Assembly: GCA_945871895.1 (NCBI GenBank)
Contig: CAMBXP010000001.1
Span: 373 to 64,372, forward strand
DNA: 64,000 nt
Direction: 5' to 3'
Origin: Chryseobacterium gleum
GTDB taxonomy: Bacteria; Bacteroidota; Bacteroidia; Flavobacteriales_C; GCA-002722245
The notes under the pieces are model-generated. The model was not told the DNA's origin. It made no database searches and worked only from the letters and a program-made list of their open reading frames with translations. The translations under genes and the position numbers were made by a program. This document shows positions 39,352 to 49,874 of this stretch, piece by piece (the stretch's first letter is position 1; every line of letters begins with the position of its first letter).

Positions 39352-40398
39352 ATGAACGAACAAGAAATTAAAATCACACTGAATCAAGAGTCTGAGTTAA
39401 GTCAGATTCTACCAAACAACAAAATACACGTGGAAGAGCCTATTTTAAAAGAAAGCAGTGATCGTTTTGTTTTGTTTCCAATAGCGCACAGCGATATTTG
39501 GGATATGTACAAAGCACAACAAGCTAGCATTTGGACTGCTGAGGAGATAGATTTGTCTTCTGATGTTTTAGACTGGGAAAACAAGTTAAACAACGATGAG
39601 CGTCACTTCATCAAACATGTACTGGCTTTCTTTGCTGCCAGCGATGGTATTGTTAACGAAAACTTGGCTGAGAACTTCCTAAGTGATGTGCAGTACACTG
39701 AAGCTAAGTTCTTTTACGGTTTCCAAATCATGATGGAAAATGTTCACTCTGAAACTTACTCATTGTTGATTGATACATTGATTAAAGATCCTAAAGAGAA
39801 AACATATTTGTTCAATGCAGTTGACACTATTCCTTGCGTTAAGAAAAAGGCTGATTGGGCTTTGCGTTGGATCGACAATGGTTCTTTTGCCGAAAGATTA
39901 GTGGCTTTTGCTGCAGTTGAGGGTATTTTCTTCTCTGGTTCTTTTTGCTCCATTTTCTGGTTAAAGAAAAGAGGATTGATGCCAGGTTTGACTTTCTCTA
40001 ACGAATTGATTTCTCGTGACGAAGGTATGCACTGCGATTTCGCTTGCTTGCTGTACACTAAGCACTTGCTAAATAAATTGTCTAAAGAAACTGTTCAGAA
40101 AATTATTACTGATGCAGTAGAAATTGAAAAAGAATTCGTGTCGGATGCTATACCAGTTAAATTGATTGGAATGAACGCCGATATGATGTGTCAATACATC
40201 GAGTTTTGTGCGGATAGATTGTTACAAGAACTAGGTAACAACCGTGTGTACAATGCAGAAAATCCTTTCGATTTCATGGAGTTGATTTCTCTTCAAGGGA
40301 AAACCAACTTCTTCGAAAAAAGAGTAGGTGACTATCAAAAATCGGGTGTAATGAGCAAGAAGGAAGACAATGTTTTCCGTTTGGATGAAGATTTTTAG
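39352..40398 (+). CDS. nrdB: Ribonucleotide reductase class Ia small subunit
   Basis: Di-iron ligand context (EAKFFYGF...[16 protein letters not shown]) and a C-terminal acidic tail. Confidence 0.9.
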   Translation: MNEQEIKITLNQESELSQILPNNKIHVEEPILKESSDRFVLFPIAHSDIWDMYKAQQASIWTAEEIDLSSDVLDWENKLNNDERHFIKHVLAFFAASDGIVNENLAENFLSDVQYTEAKFFYGFQIMMENVHSETYSLLIDTLIKDPKEKTYLFNAVDTIPCVKKKADWALRWIDNGSFAERLVAFAAVEGIFFSGSFCSIFWLKKRGLMPGLTFSNELISRDEGMHCDFACLLYTKHLLNKLSKETVQKIITDAVEIEKEFVSDAIPVKLIGMNADMMCQYIEFCADRLLQELGNNRVYNAENPFDFMELISLQGKTNFFEKRVGDYQKSGVMSKKEDNVFRLDEDF

Positions 40399-40492
40399 GA
40401 AGTAAAAAACAATAAAATAATTCAGGGTTAAGGTTTTGGTTCAGCGGTTGGACAAGGGATTTTAATCTGTAAATCATAAATCAGGTAAGCGT

Positions 40493-42895
40493 ATGTTTGT
40501 AGTAAAAAGAGACGGAAGAAAAGAGTCGGTTAAGTTCGACAAGATTACAGCGAGAATCCAAAAACTATGTTATGGATTGGATCCTTTAGTGGATTCGGTA
40601 AGTGTTACGATGAAGGTGATTGAAGGATTGTATGATGGTGTAACGACGATTGAGCTGGATAATCTTGCCGCTGAGATCGCTGCGTCTAACACTACAAAAC
40701 ATCCTGATTACGCCTTGTTAGCATCACGTATTGCAGTATCTAACTTGCACAAAAACACTAAAAAATCTTTCTCTGATACGATGAAAGATTTGTACGAGTA
40801 CATCGATCCTAAAACAGGTGAGAAAGCTGCTTTGTTGGCTAAAGATGTGCACGAAATCATTCAAGCAAACTCTGAAATGTTAGATTCTTCTATCATTTAC
40901 GATAGAGATTTTGGCTACGATTATTTCGGTTTCAAAACTTTAGAGCGTTCTTACTTATTGAAGATGAACGGTAGAATCGCCGAGCGTCCTCAACAAATGT
41001 TGATGCGCGTTTCTATTGGTATTCATAAAGAAGATATCACTTCTGCTATTGAAACTTATAACTTAATGTCGGAAAGATGGTTTACCCACGCTACACCTAC
41101 ATTATTCAACGCAGGTACACCTAAACCGCAAATGTCTTCTTGCTTCTTGTTAACCATGAAGGATGATAGCATTGATGGTATTTACGATACTTTAAAACAA
41201 ACTGCTAAAATCTCTCAATCTGCTGGTGGTATTGGTTTGGCTATTCACAACATTCGTGCAACTGGTTCATATATCAAAGGAACAAATGGTACATCAAATG
41301 GTATCATTCCAATGTTGAAAGTGTTTAACGACACTGCTCGTTACGTTGATCAAGGTGGTGGTAAAAGAAAAGGTTCTTTCGCTATTTACATGGAACCTTG
41401 GCATGCTGATATCTTCGATTTCTTGGATATGAGAAAGAATCACGGTAAAGAAGAATTACGTGCTAGAGATTTGTTCTTCGCTTTATGGATTCCCGATTTA
41501 TTCATGAAACGTATTGAAGAAGATGGCAATTGGACTTTATTCTGCCCTAACGAATGCCCTGGTTTAGCAGATACACACAGTGAAGAATTTGAAAAATTAT
41601 ATACTAAGTACGAGAAAGAAGGTAAAGGAAGAAAAACCATTAAAGCACAAGAATTGTGGTTTGCTGTGTTAGAGTCTCAAACCGAAACTGGTACGCCATA
41701 CATGCTTTACAAAGATGCTTGTAACAGCAAATCGAACCAACAAAATCTAGGTACTATTCGTTCTTCTAACTTATGTACTGAGATTGTTGAATACACTGCT
41801 CCAGATGAGGTTGCGGTTTGTAACTTGGCTTCTTTGGCATTGCCTAAGTTTGTAGATAGCAATGGTGAATTTGATCACCAACGTTTATTCGACATTACTT
41901 ATGTTGCTACGAAGAACTTGAATAAAATTATCGATAGAAACTACTACCCAGTACCTGAGGCGAAAAACTCAAACATGAGACATCGTCCGATTGGCTTAGG
42001 AGTTCAAGGTTTAGCAGATACTTTTATCTTAATGCGTTTGCCATTTACTTCTGATGAAGCTAAAAAATTAAACAGCGAGATTTTCGAAACCATGTATTTC
42101 GCAGGTTTAACAGCTTCTAAAGATTTAGCTCAAGAAGAAGGTGCTTATGAAACTTACGCTGGTTCTCCAATCTCTAAAGGTATTTTCCAACACGATATGT
42201 GGAATGTAACTCCATCTTCTCGTTGGAACTGGAATGCATTGAAAGGTGAGATTAAAAAATACGGTGTGCGTAACTCATTGTTGTTAGCGCCAATGCCAAC
42301 AGCTTCTACTTCTCAAATTTTAGGTAATAACGAATGCTTCGAACCATATACTTCTAACATCTATTCAAGAAGAACTTTATCGGGTGAGTTTGTTATCGTA
42401 AACAAACACTTGATGAAAGACTTAGTGAAATTAGGTTTGTGGAACGACAATCTTAAAAATGAGTTGATCGCTGCCAACGGTTCGGTACAAAACATCGATG
42501 TTATTCCAGATAACATTAAAGAATTGTACAAAACAGTTTGGGAGATGAAAATGAAAGATATTATTGATATGGCTGCCGATCGTGGTGCCTTCATCGACCA
42601 ATCTCAATCGTTGAACTTGTTCATTGAAAATCCAAACTTCGCGAAGTTAACTTCAATGCACTTCTACGGATGGAAAAAAGGTTTGAAAACAGGTATGTAC
42701 TATCTAAGAACCAAAGCTGCTCGCGATGCTATTAAATTCACTGTGAAGAAAGAAGAAGTGGTTAATGAAGTTTCTACCTCTATTCCTTCTCAAGTAGCGG
42801 TAGCACAGCCAGAATTGGTAACTGCAGAACAACGTCAGGCTGAGATTTCTTGTTCATTAGATAATCCAGATGCTTGCGAAGCTTGCGGAAGTTAA
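40493..42895 (+). CDS. nrdA: Ribonucleotide reductase class Ia large subunit with ATP-cone
   Basis: ATP-cone ([13 protein letters not shown]), active-site NLCTEI and a C-terminal CxxC-like pair (CEACGS). Confidence 0.95.
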   Translation: MFVVKRDGRKESVKFDKITARIQKLCYGLDPLVDSVSVTMKVIEGLYDGVTTIELDNLAAEIAASNTTKHPDYALLASRIAVSNLHKNTKKSFSDTMKDLYEYIDPKTGEKAALLAKDVHEIIQANSEMLDSSIIYDRDFGYDYFGFKTLERSYLLKMNGRIAERPQQMLMRVSIGIHKEDITSAIETYNLMSERWFTHATPTLFNAGTPKPQMSSCFLLTMKDDSIDGIYDTLKQTAKISQSAGGIGLAIHNIRATGSYIKGTNGTSNGIIPMLKVFNDTARYVDQGGGKRKGSFAIYMEPWHADIFDFLDMRKNHGKEELRARDLFFALWIPDLFMKRIEEDGNWTLFCPNECPGLADTHSEEFEKLYTKYEKEGKGRKTIKAQELWFAVLESQTETGTPYMLYKDACNSKSNQQNLGTIRSSNLCTEIVEYTAPDEVAVCNLASLALPKFVDSNGEFDHQRLFDITYVATKNLNKIIDRNYYPVPEAKNSNMRHRPIGLGVQGLADTFILMRLPFTSDEAKKLNSEIFETMYFAGLTASKDLAQEEGAYETYAGSPISKGIFQHDMWNVTPSSRWNWNALKGEIKKYGVRNSLLLAPMPTASTSQILGNNECFEPYTSNIYSRRTLSGEFVIVNKHLMKDLVKLGLWNDNLKNELIAANGSVQNIDVIPDNIKELYKTVWEMKMKDIIDMAADRGAFIDQSQSLNLFIENPNFAKLTSMHFYGWKKGLKTGMYYLRTKAARDAIKFTVKKEEVVNEVSTSIPSQVAVAQPELVTAEQRQAEISCSLDNPDACEACGS

Positions 42896-42917
42896 TATCA
42901 CAAGATATATGATAAAG

Positions 42918-42947
42918 AAAAACCCTCGAATTTCGAGGGTTTTTTTA
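42918..42947. terminator. Bidirectional rho-independent terminator after nrdA
   Basis: aaaaaCCCTCGAAatTTCGAGGGttttttt, with an A-run upstream and a T-run downstream. Confidence 0.7.
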
Positions 42948-43025
42948 TGTACTTTTCTTTTGTGAATTCAAAATGGAGAAGTTGTGGGATGTTTTGTGGG
43001 TAAGGGTTTAGAGAGTGATAAGGTG

Positions 43026-43085
43026 ATTGATGTTGTGTAGGGGTACCCCTTGCGGGTACCCATATATCTGGGCACCCGCGAGGGG
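43026..43085. repeat. Imperfect 25-bp-arm palindrome containing a GGTACCC core; related to the GGTACCTC repeat family
   Basis: gtaggggtaccccttgcgggtaccc...gggcacccgcgaggggagcccctac. Confidence 0.6.
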
Positions 43086-43098
43086 AGCCCCTACAAGA

Positions 43099-44064
43099 TT
43101 AACTTTTAATTTTTTCCACCGCCTTCTTCGCATCTTCCTCACTCCCAAACTCAATCTTTCTTTTCAACGTTAATTTCCAACCGCTTTTGCTCTCCATCAC
43201 CACAAATACTTTCTTTCTTTTCTTTTCAATTTTAGCGCTTAAAATCTCCTCTTTTTGCAATACATCACTGGTTGATTTGTTGAGCAAAGAAAATGGTAAA
43301 GGAAGGAACAAGAGGAACATAAAAACTACGAGTAAATCAACCCATAAAACTTGACCTTTATTGATGATGATATATGTTTTCGCGGCAATAGATGCAAGTA
43401 TCCCCACCATCAAAACAAAAAACAAGAAGTTGTTTACACTCACATACTCTGCTTTTTGAGGATAGACGTTGTTTTTAGCGATTACTATTTCTTTTTCAAG
43501 CAAGTATAATTTTTCGTTTTCGTTGATGGTAATTGATTCAGCATTTTTAAGTTTTTCGTTCTTTGCATCCATCGGATTTTCAATGGTGAATCCGGTTTCG
43601 CTCAAGATGTTTAATGCTCTCTCAATTTCATTTTTGCTGTCGTACAAACGCATTGTTTTTTGCATCTGTTTTCCTTCGTCGTTTACAATAAGCATATCCA
43701 ATTCGTGGAAGCCCAATTTTCCTGTAATAAACTGAATACTTTTTATGTTTTTAAGTGGCATGCAATTGCTTTTAAGCAAAGGAAGCGTTTGTCTTTTGAT
43801 GCGTTTTAAATCCCAAATGGTTAAGAAAAGAAGCAGCGCAAGTGGGTAAAATCCCGTGATGTAAGTCATTACCAAAATGGCAATAGTGATGGCGGCGTTC
43901 AATAAAATTTTGCCTGTTTTAACTTCACTCACTTTATTCATGTCCATTACCAAGTCGCGCGGCTCAATAAATTCTCTATCGTTAATCACCAACAAATCGT
44001 TGTAGATATGGCAATACAAACCCGATTGTAAAGCGAATATTTTATTAAGTGCGGTTCTTTCCAT
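43099..44064 (-). CDS. Hypothetical membrane protein (321 aa)
   Basis: Several TM segments and a C-terminal KKAVEKIK tail. No family recognised. Confidence 0.4.
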   Translation of the reverse strand: MERTALNKIFALQSGLYCHIYNDLLVINDREFIEPRDLVMDMNKVSEVKTGKILLNAAITIAILVMTYITGFYPLALLLFLTIWDLKRIKRQTLPLLKSNCMPLKNIKSIQFITGKLGFHELDMLIVNDEGKQMQKTMRLYDSKNEIERALNILSETGFTIENPMDAKNEKLKNAESITINENEKLYLLEKEIVIAKNNVYPQKAEYVSVNNFLFFVLMVGILASIAAKTYIIINKGQVLWVDLLVVFMFLLFLPLPFSLLNKSTSDVLQKEEILSAKIEKKRKKVFVVMESKSGWKLTLKRKIEFGSEEDAKKAVEKIKS

Positions 44065-44104
44065 GAATAATTATATTTTTACGCCACTAAAGTAAATAAA
44101 CTAT

Positions 44105-45191
44105 ATGGTTACTTCAGAACAATATAAAGGAATTGTGCAGCGCGTGGGCGCGTTAAAACAATATCTTTGACGTCGATAAGAAAGTCATAGAAATACAGGA
44201 AGAGGAGGAAAAGACACAGGCTCCCGAATTTTGGGACGATGCCAAACGGGCAGAAACCATTCTTAAGCAAATCAGAATTAAAAAATCGTGGGTTGAAAGC
44301 TATAATGCTGCTCAAGCTATGGCCGATGATTTACAAGTGATGATGGAGTTTTGTGCAGCGGGCGAGGCTACAGAGGATGAGGTGGATGCTGCCTATGCAA
44401 CGGTGCTAGAGAAGATAGATGCGATGGAGTTTAAAAATATGCTATCCGGACCAGAAGATAGTTTAAGCGCGATTTTAGAGATTAACTCGGGTGCGGGCGG
44501 TACTGAGAGTCAGGATTGGGCCAATATGCTCTTACGCATGTACAAAATGTACGCAGAGAAGCAAGGTTTTAAAGTTACCGAGGTAGATTATCAAAAAGGA
44601 GATGGCGCAGGAATTAAAACGGCAACTCTCGAAATTGAAGGCGAATTTGCTTACGGTTATCTAAAAGGCGAAAATGGTGTACATCGTTTGGTGCGCATTT
44701 CTCCTTTCGATGCAGCAGCAAAACGCCACACTTCTTTTGCATCTATTTATGTTTATCCCTTGGTGGATGATACTTTAAATATTGAAATAAATTTGGGTGA
44801 TATTGAGTGGGATACTTTTCGTGCGGGTGGTGCTGGCGGACAAAATGTAAACAAGGTAGAAACGGCGGTGCGCTTGCATCACAAACCATCGGGTATTATC
44901 ATTAAAAATCAGGAATCACGTTCTCAGTTGCAGAATAAAGAGAAGGCAATTACGATGTTGAAGTCGCAATTGTACGAGTTAGAATTGCGCAAGCGACTAG
45001 AAACGCAGAATGCTATTGAGGGCAACAAAAAGAAAATCGAGTGGGGTTCTCAAATTAGAAACTACGTGATGCATCCTTACAAACTCGTTAAAGATTTACG
45101 CACCGGACACGAAACATCGAATGTGCAAGATGTGATGGATGGCGAGATTCAGCCGTTTATTAAGGCGTATTTGATGGAATACGGAGGGTAG
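44105..45191 (+). CDS. prfB: Peptide chain release factor 2 with a programmed +1 ribosomal frameshift
   Basis: Frame 1: ATG at 44105, [21 protein letters not shown], then TGA at 44168-44170 within CTT TGA C. The +1 frame continues [10 protein letters not shown]... through the track ORF 44319..45191, which carries the SPF and GGQ motifs. Confidence 0.9.
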
Positions 45192-45244
45192 GAGCAGAGT
45201 GGGAGTGAGGGTTGAGAGTGAGTTTTGAAAGAGTGGGATTTGCA

Positions 45245-45347
45245 CAGTACGTCATTGCGAAAATTTTGTACCCAAAATTAAAGCAATCCTATTCCGTATT
45301 TACTAATTAAATGAGGTTGCTTCGGGGTACCTCGCAATGACGTACTG
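45245..45347. repeat. MITE-like palindromic element with 16-bp terminal inverted repeats (CAGTACGTCATTGCGA / TCGCAATGACGTACTG)
   Basis: Perfect reverse-complement arms at 45245-45260 and 45332-45347. It sits between the convergent prfB and the 45355..45900 gene, preceded by a GAGTGRG-rich run at 45197-45222. Confidence 0.75.
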
Positions 45348-45354
45348 GGTGTTT

Positions 45355-45900
45355 TTACTTCCACACCCAACCCAACTCTTCCGTATAATTCACCTTTATT
45401 TTTTTCGCCAACTCTTTCAACTCTACAATCAGCGCAGGTAAATCGTTAATTTTATCTTTAGGAATAACAAAGGCTTGAGTAACATCTAATCTTATTAAAA
45501 TCAGATCTTTCAGCTCCACGATTTCTTTAATTTCATTCGTAGAAATTTTTGCTTCACTGCCTCCGCTTGTTGAAAATAGATGATCGTTTTGAAGTTCAAT
45601 TTTAATATCGGTTCCAATTCTGCTTTTGTGATTTTCTTCTATTACTTTTCGGTAATATTTTACATATTTCCCTTTTTCCCACAAGGGATAAAAGAAAAAC
45701 CAAAACATCGCGAAAGCCGCGAATCCTGCTGCTAAAAACGGACTCTCTAATACAAATAAGCTAATGGCAAAAACACTGTACAAAATTGGAACTACCAGTC
45801 TTGTTCGTTTTCTTTTCTTTAAAATACTTTGCGATTTTGAGGCTAAGTACAATTGAAAAGTAAGGTAGTTTTCGTTTGTTATTTTGAAGTTGAGATTCAT
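45355..45900 (-). CDS. Hypothetical membrane protein (YcxB-like)
   Basis: Two TM helices followed by a soluble domain. Weak family assignment. Confidence 0.35.
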   Translation of the reverse strand: MNLNFKITNENYLTFQLYLASKSQSILKKRKRTRLVVPILYSVFAISLFVLESPFLAAGFAAFAMFWFFFYPLWEKGKYVKYYRKVIEENHKSRIGTDIKIELQNDHLFSTSGGSEAKISTNEIKEIVELKDLILIRLDVTQAFVIPKDKINDLPALIVELKELAKKIKVNYTEELGWVWK

Positions 45901-45906
45901 GTTTTT

Positions 45907-46482
45907 CTATTTATAATACCCCATATCCATCATATATTTCCAAACTTTCTCTGGAACAAAATACTGCACATTTTTATTTTCTTTAATGGCATTTCTAATG
46001 AAAGTGGATGATATTTCTACTTGTGGAGCAGCGGTAATTTTTACTTTTGGATGATGGTGAAATGGTGTTTTTTCGCAGTTCGGACGAGGATAAACTAATA
46101 AGTCACATTGTTCTAAAATGCGCTCGTAATTTTTCCACTTGTGGAAAGTTGCCAAGTTATCTTCTCCCATGATTAACGAGAATTTATTCTTGGGATATTT
46201 CTCTTGTAAATGCACCAAAGTATTGATGGTGTAGGAAGGTTGAGGTAAATTAAATTCTATGGTTGATGCTCTAAATCGTGGCTCTGCTTCTATAGCTTCT
46301 AATACCAATTGGTATCTGTCGTTTTGATTGAGTAGGGATGCTTTTTCTTTTAAAGGGTTGTGCGGACTTACTACAAACCACAATTCTTTGATGTCGGTGT
46401 ATTCAATTATGTAATTCGCAATGGCCATGTGTCCGTTGTGAATAGGATTGAAAGAACCAAAGAAGAGTCCGATGTTTTTCAT
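45907..46482 (-). CDS. nadD: Nicotinate-nucleotide adenylyltransferase
   Basis: GLFFGSFNPIHNGH (H/T-x-G-H) motif. Confidence 0.85.
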   Translation of the reverse strand: MKNIGLFFGSFNPIHNGHMAIANYIIEYTDIKELWFVVSPHNPLKEKASLLNQNDRYQLVLEAIEAEPRFRASTIEFNLPQPSYTINTLVHLQEKYPKNKFSLIMGEDNLATFHKWKNYERILEQCDLLVYPRPNCEKTPFHHHPKVKITAAPQVEISSTFIRNAIKENKNVQYFVPEKVWKYMMDMGYYK

Positions 46483-46778
46483 TTCTTTAGTTTCAGTTTT
46501 TTCGGATTTTGACGATTGTACCAGATCTCTAAAACATTTATGACATGGGGCTGAATTTCATAAAAGACCAAATATTCTTTTAGTACGCCAATTCTTATGT
46601 TATCAACACTAGTTTTTCTGCCCAGCAATGGATGTTTTGAGATGATTTTCAAGTAGTCCTCAAAAAGTTGATTCAGCTTTATGGAGTAGGTATTCGCAAG
46701 ATTGTTTTCTTTCCAAAATTGAAGAATCTTTTTACGGTTTTTTTGGGCGTTTGGAGACCAAATTACTTTTTTAGCCAT
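46479..46778 (-). CDS. Type II toxin, RelE/ParE superfamily
   Basis: 99-aa basic protein that overlaps the upstream small gene and the downstream nadD, arranged like a TA pair. Confidence 0.55.
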   Translation of the reverse strand: MAKKVIWSPNAQKNRKKILQFWKENNLANTYSIKLNQLFEDYLKIISKHPLLGRKTSVDNIRIGVLKEYLVFYEIQPHVINVLEIWYNRQNPKKLKLKK

Positions 46779-46999
46779 TCTCGAATTTCTTTGTTCGCTT
46801 GTGCGTTAGGTATACCAAGTCCTTTTTTTATTTGATTTTGGGCAGCTTTAATTGCTTTTTTTTGCTCAGGAGTAACAATATAGACATCTTCTACATCTTC
46901 TTGTATTTGCAGTAATTTGTAAACATCAGCCAAAACATTTTTGTCATTTGTTTCAGTGATTTTTTTTATGATGTCTTTTTTTAGAGCAACAGATGTCAT
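46763..46999 (-). CDS. Putative antitoxin (78 aa)
   Basis: Small acidic/basic protein overlapping the toxin start by 16 nt. Confidence 0.4.
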   Translation of the reverse strand: MTSVALKKDIIKKITETNDKNVLADVYKLLQIQEDVEDVYIVTPEQKKAIKAAQNQIKKGLGIPNAQANKEIREWLKK

Positions 47000-47051
47000 A
47001 GCTAAGCTTTTCTCAAATATAAGTCAGAATAGCTTTTGATGCAAGAGTGGT

Positions 47052-47636
47052 TTATTTTTTCCCAAAAAACTCACCCACTATCTCTTCGGCTTTCGCAAAA
47101 GCGCTTTCTAAATCGTCGTTCAAAATAACTTTGTCGAAGAGTACCGATTTTTGCAATTCTATAGGAGCTTTGCCCATGCGGCGCGTTATACTTTCTGGTG
47201 TTTCTGTCTCCCGTTGTTCTAGGCGTTCGCGCAATGATTCTAACGAAGGAGGCATCACAAAAACCGCCAAGGCTCTTTCGCCAAATGCTTTTTTAAGGTT
47301 GAGTCCGCCATCTACATCCACATCAAAAATAACATGGTGTCCGCTTTTCCAAATGCGCTCCACTTCAGTTTTTAAAGTGCCGTAAAAATTATTTTTGTAC
47401 ACTTCTTCCCACTCTACAAACTCATCTAAAGAAATGCTTTTTTTGAATTCTTCTAACGAAATATAATAGTAATCTTTTCCATGAACTTCGCCCGGACGCT
47501 GAGCACGCGTACAAGCAGAAATGGAGAATTCTAATTTGAAATCTTTGCTCAACAAATGATGCACAATAGTTGTTTTTCCTGCACCCGATGGAGCAGAAAA
47601 AATAACCAGTTTGCCTTGATGCTGATTAGAGGACAT
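47052..47636 (-). CDS. gmk: Guanylate kinase
   Basis: FSAPSGAGKTT P-loop, and a GEVHGKDYYYIS segment in the GMP-binding region. Confidence 0.9.
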   Translation of the reverse strand: MSSNQHQGKLVIFSAPSGAGKTTIVHHLLSKDFKLEFSISACTRAQRPGEVHGKDYYYISLEEFKKSISLDEFVEWEEVYKNNFYGTLKTEVERIWKSGHHVIFDVDVDGGLNLKKAFGERALAVFVMPPSLESLRERLEQRETETPESITRRMGKAPIELQKSVLFDKVILNDDLESAFAKAEEIVGEFFGKK

Positions 47637-48495
47637 TTAAACTTTGTTCTTTAATTTTTTCTAATTCGTCTTTCATTTGCACCACCATTTGTTGCATATC
47701 GGCATCATTCGATTTAGAACCAATGGTGTTGATTTCTCTTCCTATTTCTTGAGCGATGAAGCCTAATTTTTTACCCGGATTCTCTTCTTTCGCTGTAACA
47801 ACGAAATAATCTAAGTGACTTTTCAATCTTACTTTTTCTTCGCTAATATCTACCTTCTCAAAATAGTAAATCAACTCTTGTTCGAAACGATTTTTATCTA
47901 CCGTTACTTCTTTCAATTCGGCAATGGCTTTCTCTTGTTTCTCGCGAATTTTAGCCACTCGTATTTTGTCTAAAGGATCTATTTGTGTGAGGTAAGTGTC
48001 AATGTTTTTGATGTGCGAAAACAAGTCATTTTCCAACACTTTACCTTCTGTGTTTCTAAAATTATCTAAGTTTTTTAGCGCTTCGTTCGTTGCTTTTTTA
48101 ATGGCTTCCCACTCGTTTTCATCAATCTCTTCTTTTCCTGTACTGCCAATTACTTCGGGCATTCTCAAAATTAGCGATAACATTTCTTCGCTCATTTTAT
48201 CACCTACAGAAGGTTCTAATTCTTTAATTTGATTGAAGTAGGAAAGTGCTAATTCTTTGTTGATTTTAACGAGGTTGTTTTCTGTGGATTCTACCGCTAA
48301 TAAGAAATCAATTTTACCGCGATTCAACGATTGAGAAATGATGTTTCTCAAATCTATTTCCTTCGATTTATAGCTCGAAGGTAATTTCATGAAAATGTCA
48401 GATTGTTTGCTATTGAGCGATTTCACTTCAATAGTGATGACCTTGCCCGCTAAACGGACTTCGCCTTTTCCAAACCCTGTCATCGATTTAATCAT
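47626..48495 (-). CDS. YicC-family stress-induced protein
   Basis: MIKSMTGFGKGE N-terminus and the YicC_N/DUF1732 pattern. Confidence 0.8.
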   Translation of the reverse strand: MIKSMTGFGKGEVRLAGKVITIEVKSLNSKQSDIFMKLPSSYKSKEIDLRNIISQSLNRGKIDFLLAVESTENNLVKINKELALSYFNQIKELEPSVGDKMSEEMLSLILRMPEVIGSTGKEEIDENEWEAIKKATNEALKNLDNFRNTEGKVLENDLFSHIKNIDTYLTQIDPLDKIRVAKIREKQEKAIAELKEVTVDKNRFEQELIYYFEKVDISEEKVRLKSHLDYFVVTAKEENPGKKLGFIAQEIGREINTIGSKSNDADMQQMVVQMKDELEKIKEQSLNVL

Positions 48496-48528
48496 GTATG
48501 CTGCTTTTTAGCAAACATAAGAATAAAT

Positions 48529-49401
48529 TTATTCTTTGCCCACTAAGTACACGCCTACAAAGATGAGTGCGGCTGCAAAAAGCGCTGAAATGGAGAGTGA
48601 TTCGTTCAGCCACAACATCGCCAATCCTGCAGCAATTATGGGTTGTACATATAAGTATGCGCTTACCAGTGAAGACGAAACCCAGCGCAAGGCCAATATG
48701 TTGGGCACGTAGCCAAAAAAGGTGACGACGGCCGATGCGTAGATGAAGGCCCACCAAACCTCGGTACTGAAATTCCAATCTACAGCCATTGTTTCTTCAT
48801 AACCAAAGGGAATCAAAAGTATTAGTCCGAGTAAGAATATCCATTTCATCAATGTAATCGTGTCGTACTTGGTAATTAATGGTTTTACAATTACGATATA
48901 CAAGCCAAACAAGATGGAATTTACAAATATCATAGTGTTGCCATACAGTCTATCTGGCGCGTTGTGATTGCCTTCTTTTTGCATAATGATTAAAATGGCG
49001 CCCAAACAGCCTAAAGCAATGCCAATGAATTTGTTTTTGGTAAGTTTTTCTTTTAAGATGACCGATGCAAAAAGCAATACAATAATGGGATTGGTGGTCA
49101 TGATGAGCGATGCATCGATGGGCGATGTATTTACCGCTCCTTGAAAAAAACACAATTGGTTGAAAGCCGAGCCGCAAAATGCACAAAGTATAATTCGCGA
49201 CCAATCTTCTTTGTCGATTTTTTTGCCTTTGACGAAGAGCGATGCTATCCAAAAGAAAGCTACAGCCATGATGGTTCGCATCAAAACCAATCCGCTAGGA
49301 CCAACAGGATGGGGCGATACAAATTTGATGATGACGTAGTTGGAGCCATACACCAAAGTGACCATGATGAGAACAAGATGTGCGAGCAGTTTTTTCGACA
49401 T
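48529..49401 (-). CDS. EamA/DMT-family transporter
   Basis: 10 TM helices and two EamA repeats. Confidence 0.75.
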   Translation of the reverse strand: MSKKLLAHLVLIMVTLVYGSNYVIIKFVSPHPVGPSGLVLMRTIMAVAFFWIASLFVKGKKIDKEDWSRIILCAFCGSAFNQLCFFQGAVNTSPIDASLIMTTNPIIVLLFASVILKEKLTKNKFIGIALGCLGAILIIMQKEGNHNAPDRLYGNTMIFVNSILFGLYIVIVKPLITKYDTITLMKWIFLLGLILLIPFGYEETMAVDWNFSTEVWWAFIYASAVVTFFGYVPNILALRWVSSSLVSAYLYVQPIIAAGLAMLWLNESLSISALFAAALIFVGVYLVGKE

Positions 49402-49754
49402 TACTTCTTCAACTTGCTTTTCACCGCTTCGGTTACCGCTTGGGCATTGCCAATAAAAATTTCATTATCGATAACGCTCACCGGTCGGCGCAAGAAGGTA
49501 TATTCTTCTAAAATTAATTTTCGATAATCTTTTTCTGTTAGTTTTTTATCGGCCAAACCCAAAGCCCTATATTTCATCGATTTTCTGCTGAACAAGGCCT
49601 CATAAGAACCAGCCAATTTCGCCATGAAATCCAATTGTTCGGGTGTAATTTTTTCTGTTTTAATATCTTGCAATTCTACTTCCTCAGAAGGATTCACTTC
49701 GTTGATGATTTTAACGCAAGTAGAACAAGTCTTTAAGTGGTATATTTTCTTCAT
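49401..49754 (-). CDS. ArsC/Spx-family protein (arsenate-reductase-like, YffB-type)
   Basis: MKKIYHLKTCSTC N-terminal CxxC-like motif. Confidence 0.7.
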   Translation of the reverse strand: MKKIYHLKTCSTCVKIINEVNPSEEVELQDIKTEKITPEQLDFMAKLAGSYEALFSRKSMKYRALGLADKKLTEKDYRKLILEEYTFLRRPVSVIDNEIFIGNAQAVTEAVKSKLKK

Positions 49755-49814
49755 GATTCAAGTTTAGATATTTTATTCAAAGTAAATACAATATTTTTGG
49801 TAGGAAATATGTTT

Positions 49815-49859
49815 GGCCTCACCCCAGCCCTCTCCAAAGGAGAGGGCTGGGGTGAGGCC
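49815..49859. repeat. Perfect GC-rich 21-bp-stem hairpin (GGCCTCACCCCAGCCCTCTCC aaa GGAGAGGGCTGGGGTGAGGCC) in a divergent promoter region
   Basis: Read directly. Its GC content is far above the local background. Confidence 0.8.
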
Positions 49860-49874
49860 ATTTAAATCATTATT

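Noticed and set aside
39352-42895. Possible intein or group I intron in nrdA
   Set aside because: The alpha subunit is 800 aa and contiguous, with a normal ATP-cone and active-site motifs. There is no length anomaly.
44109-44315. 68-aa minus-strand ORF
   Set aside because: It lies antisense over the frameshifted N-terminal part of prfB. That region is explained by the RF2 recoding structure.
48488-49527. ORFs 48488..48778, 48950..49252 and 49141..49527, which are Arg/His/Cys-rich
   Set aside because: They are alternative-frame or antisense ORFs inside the EamA transporter and arsC-like genes, with biased composition from the reverse reading of a membrane-protein gene.
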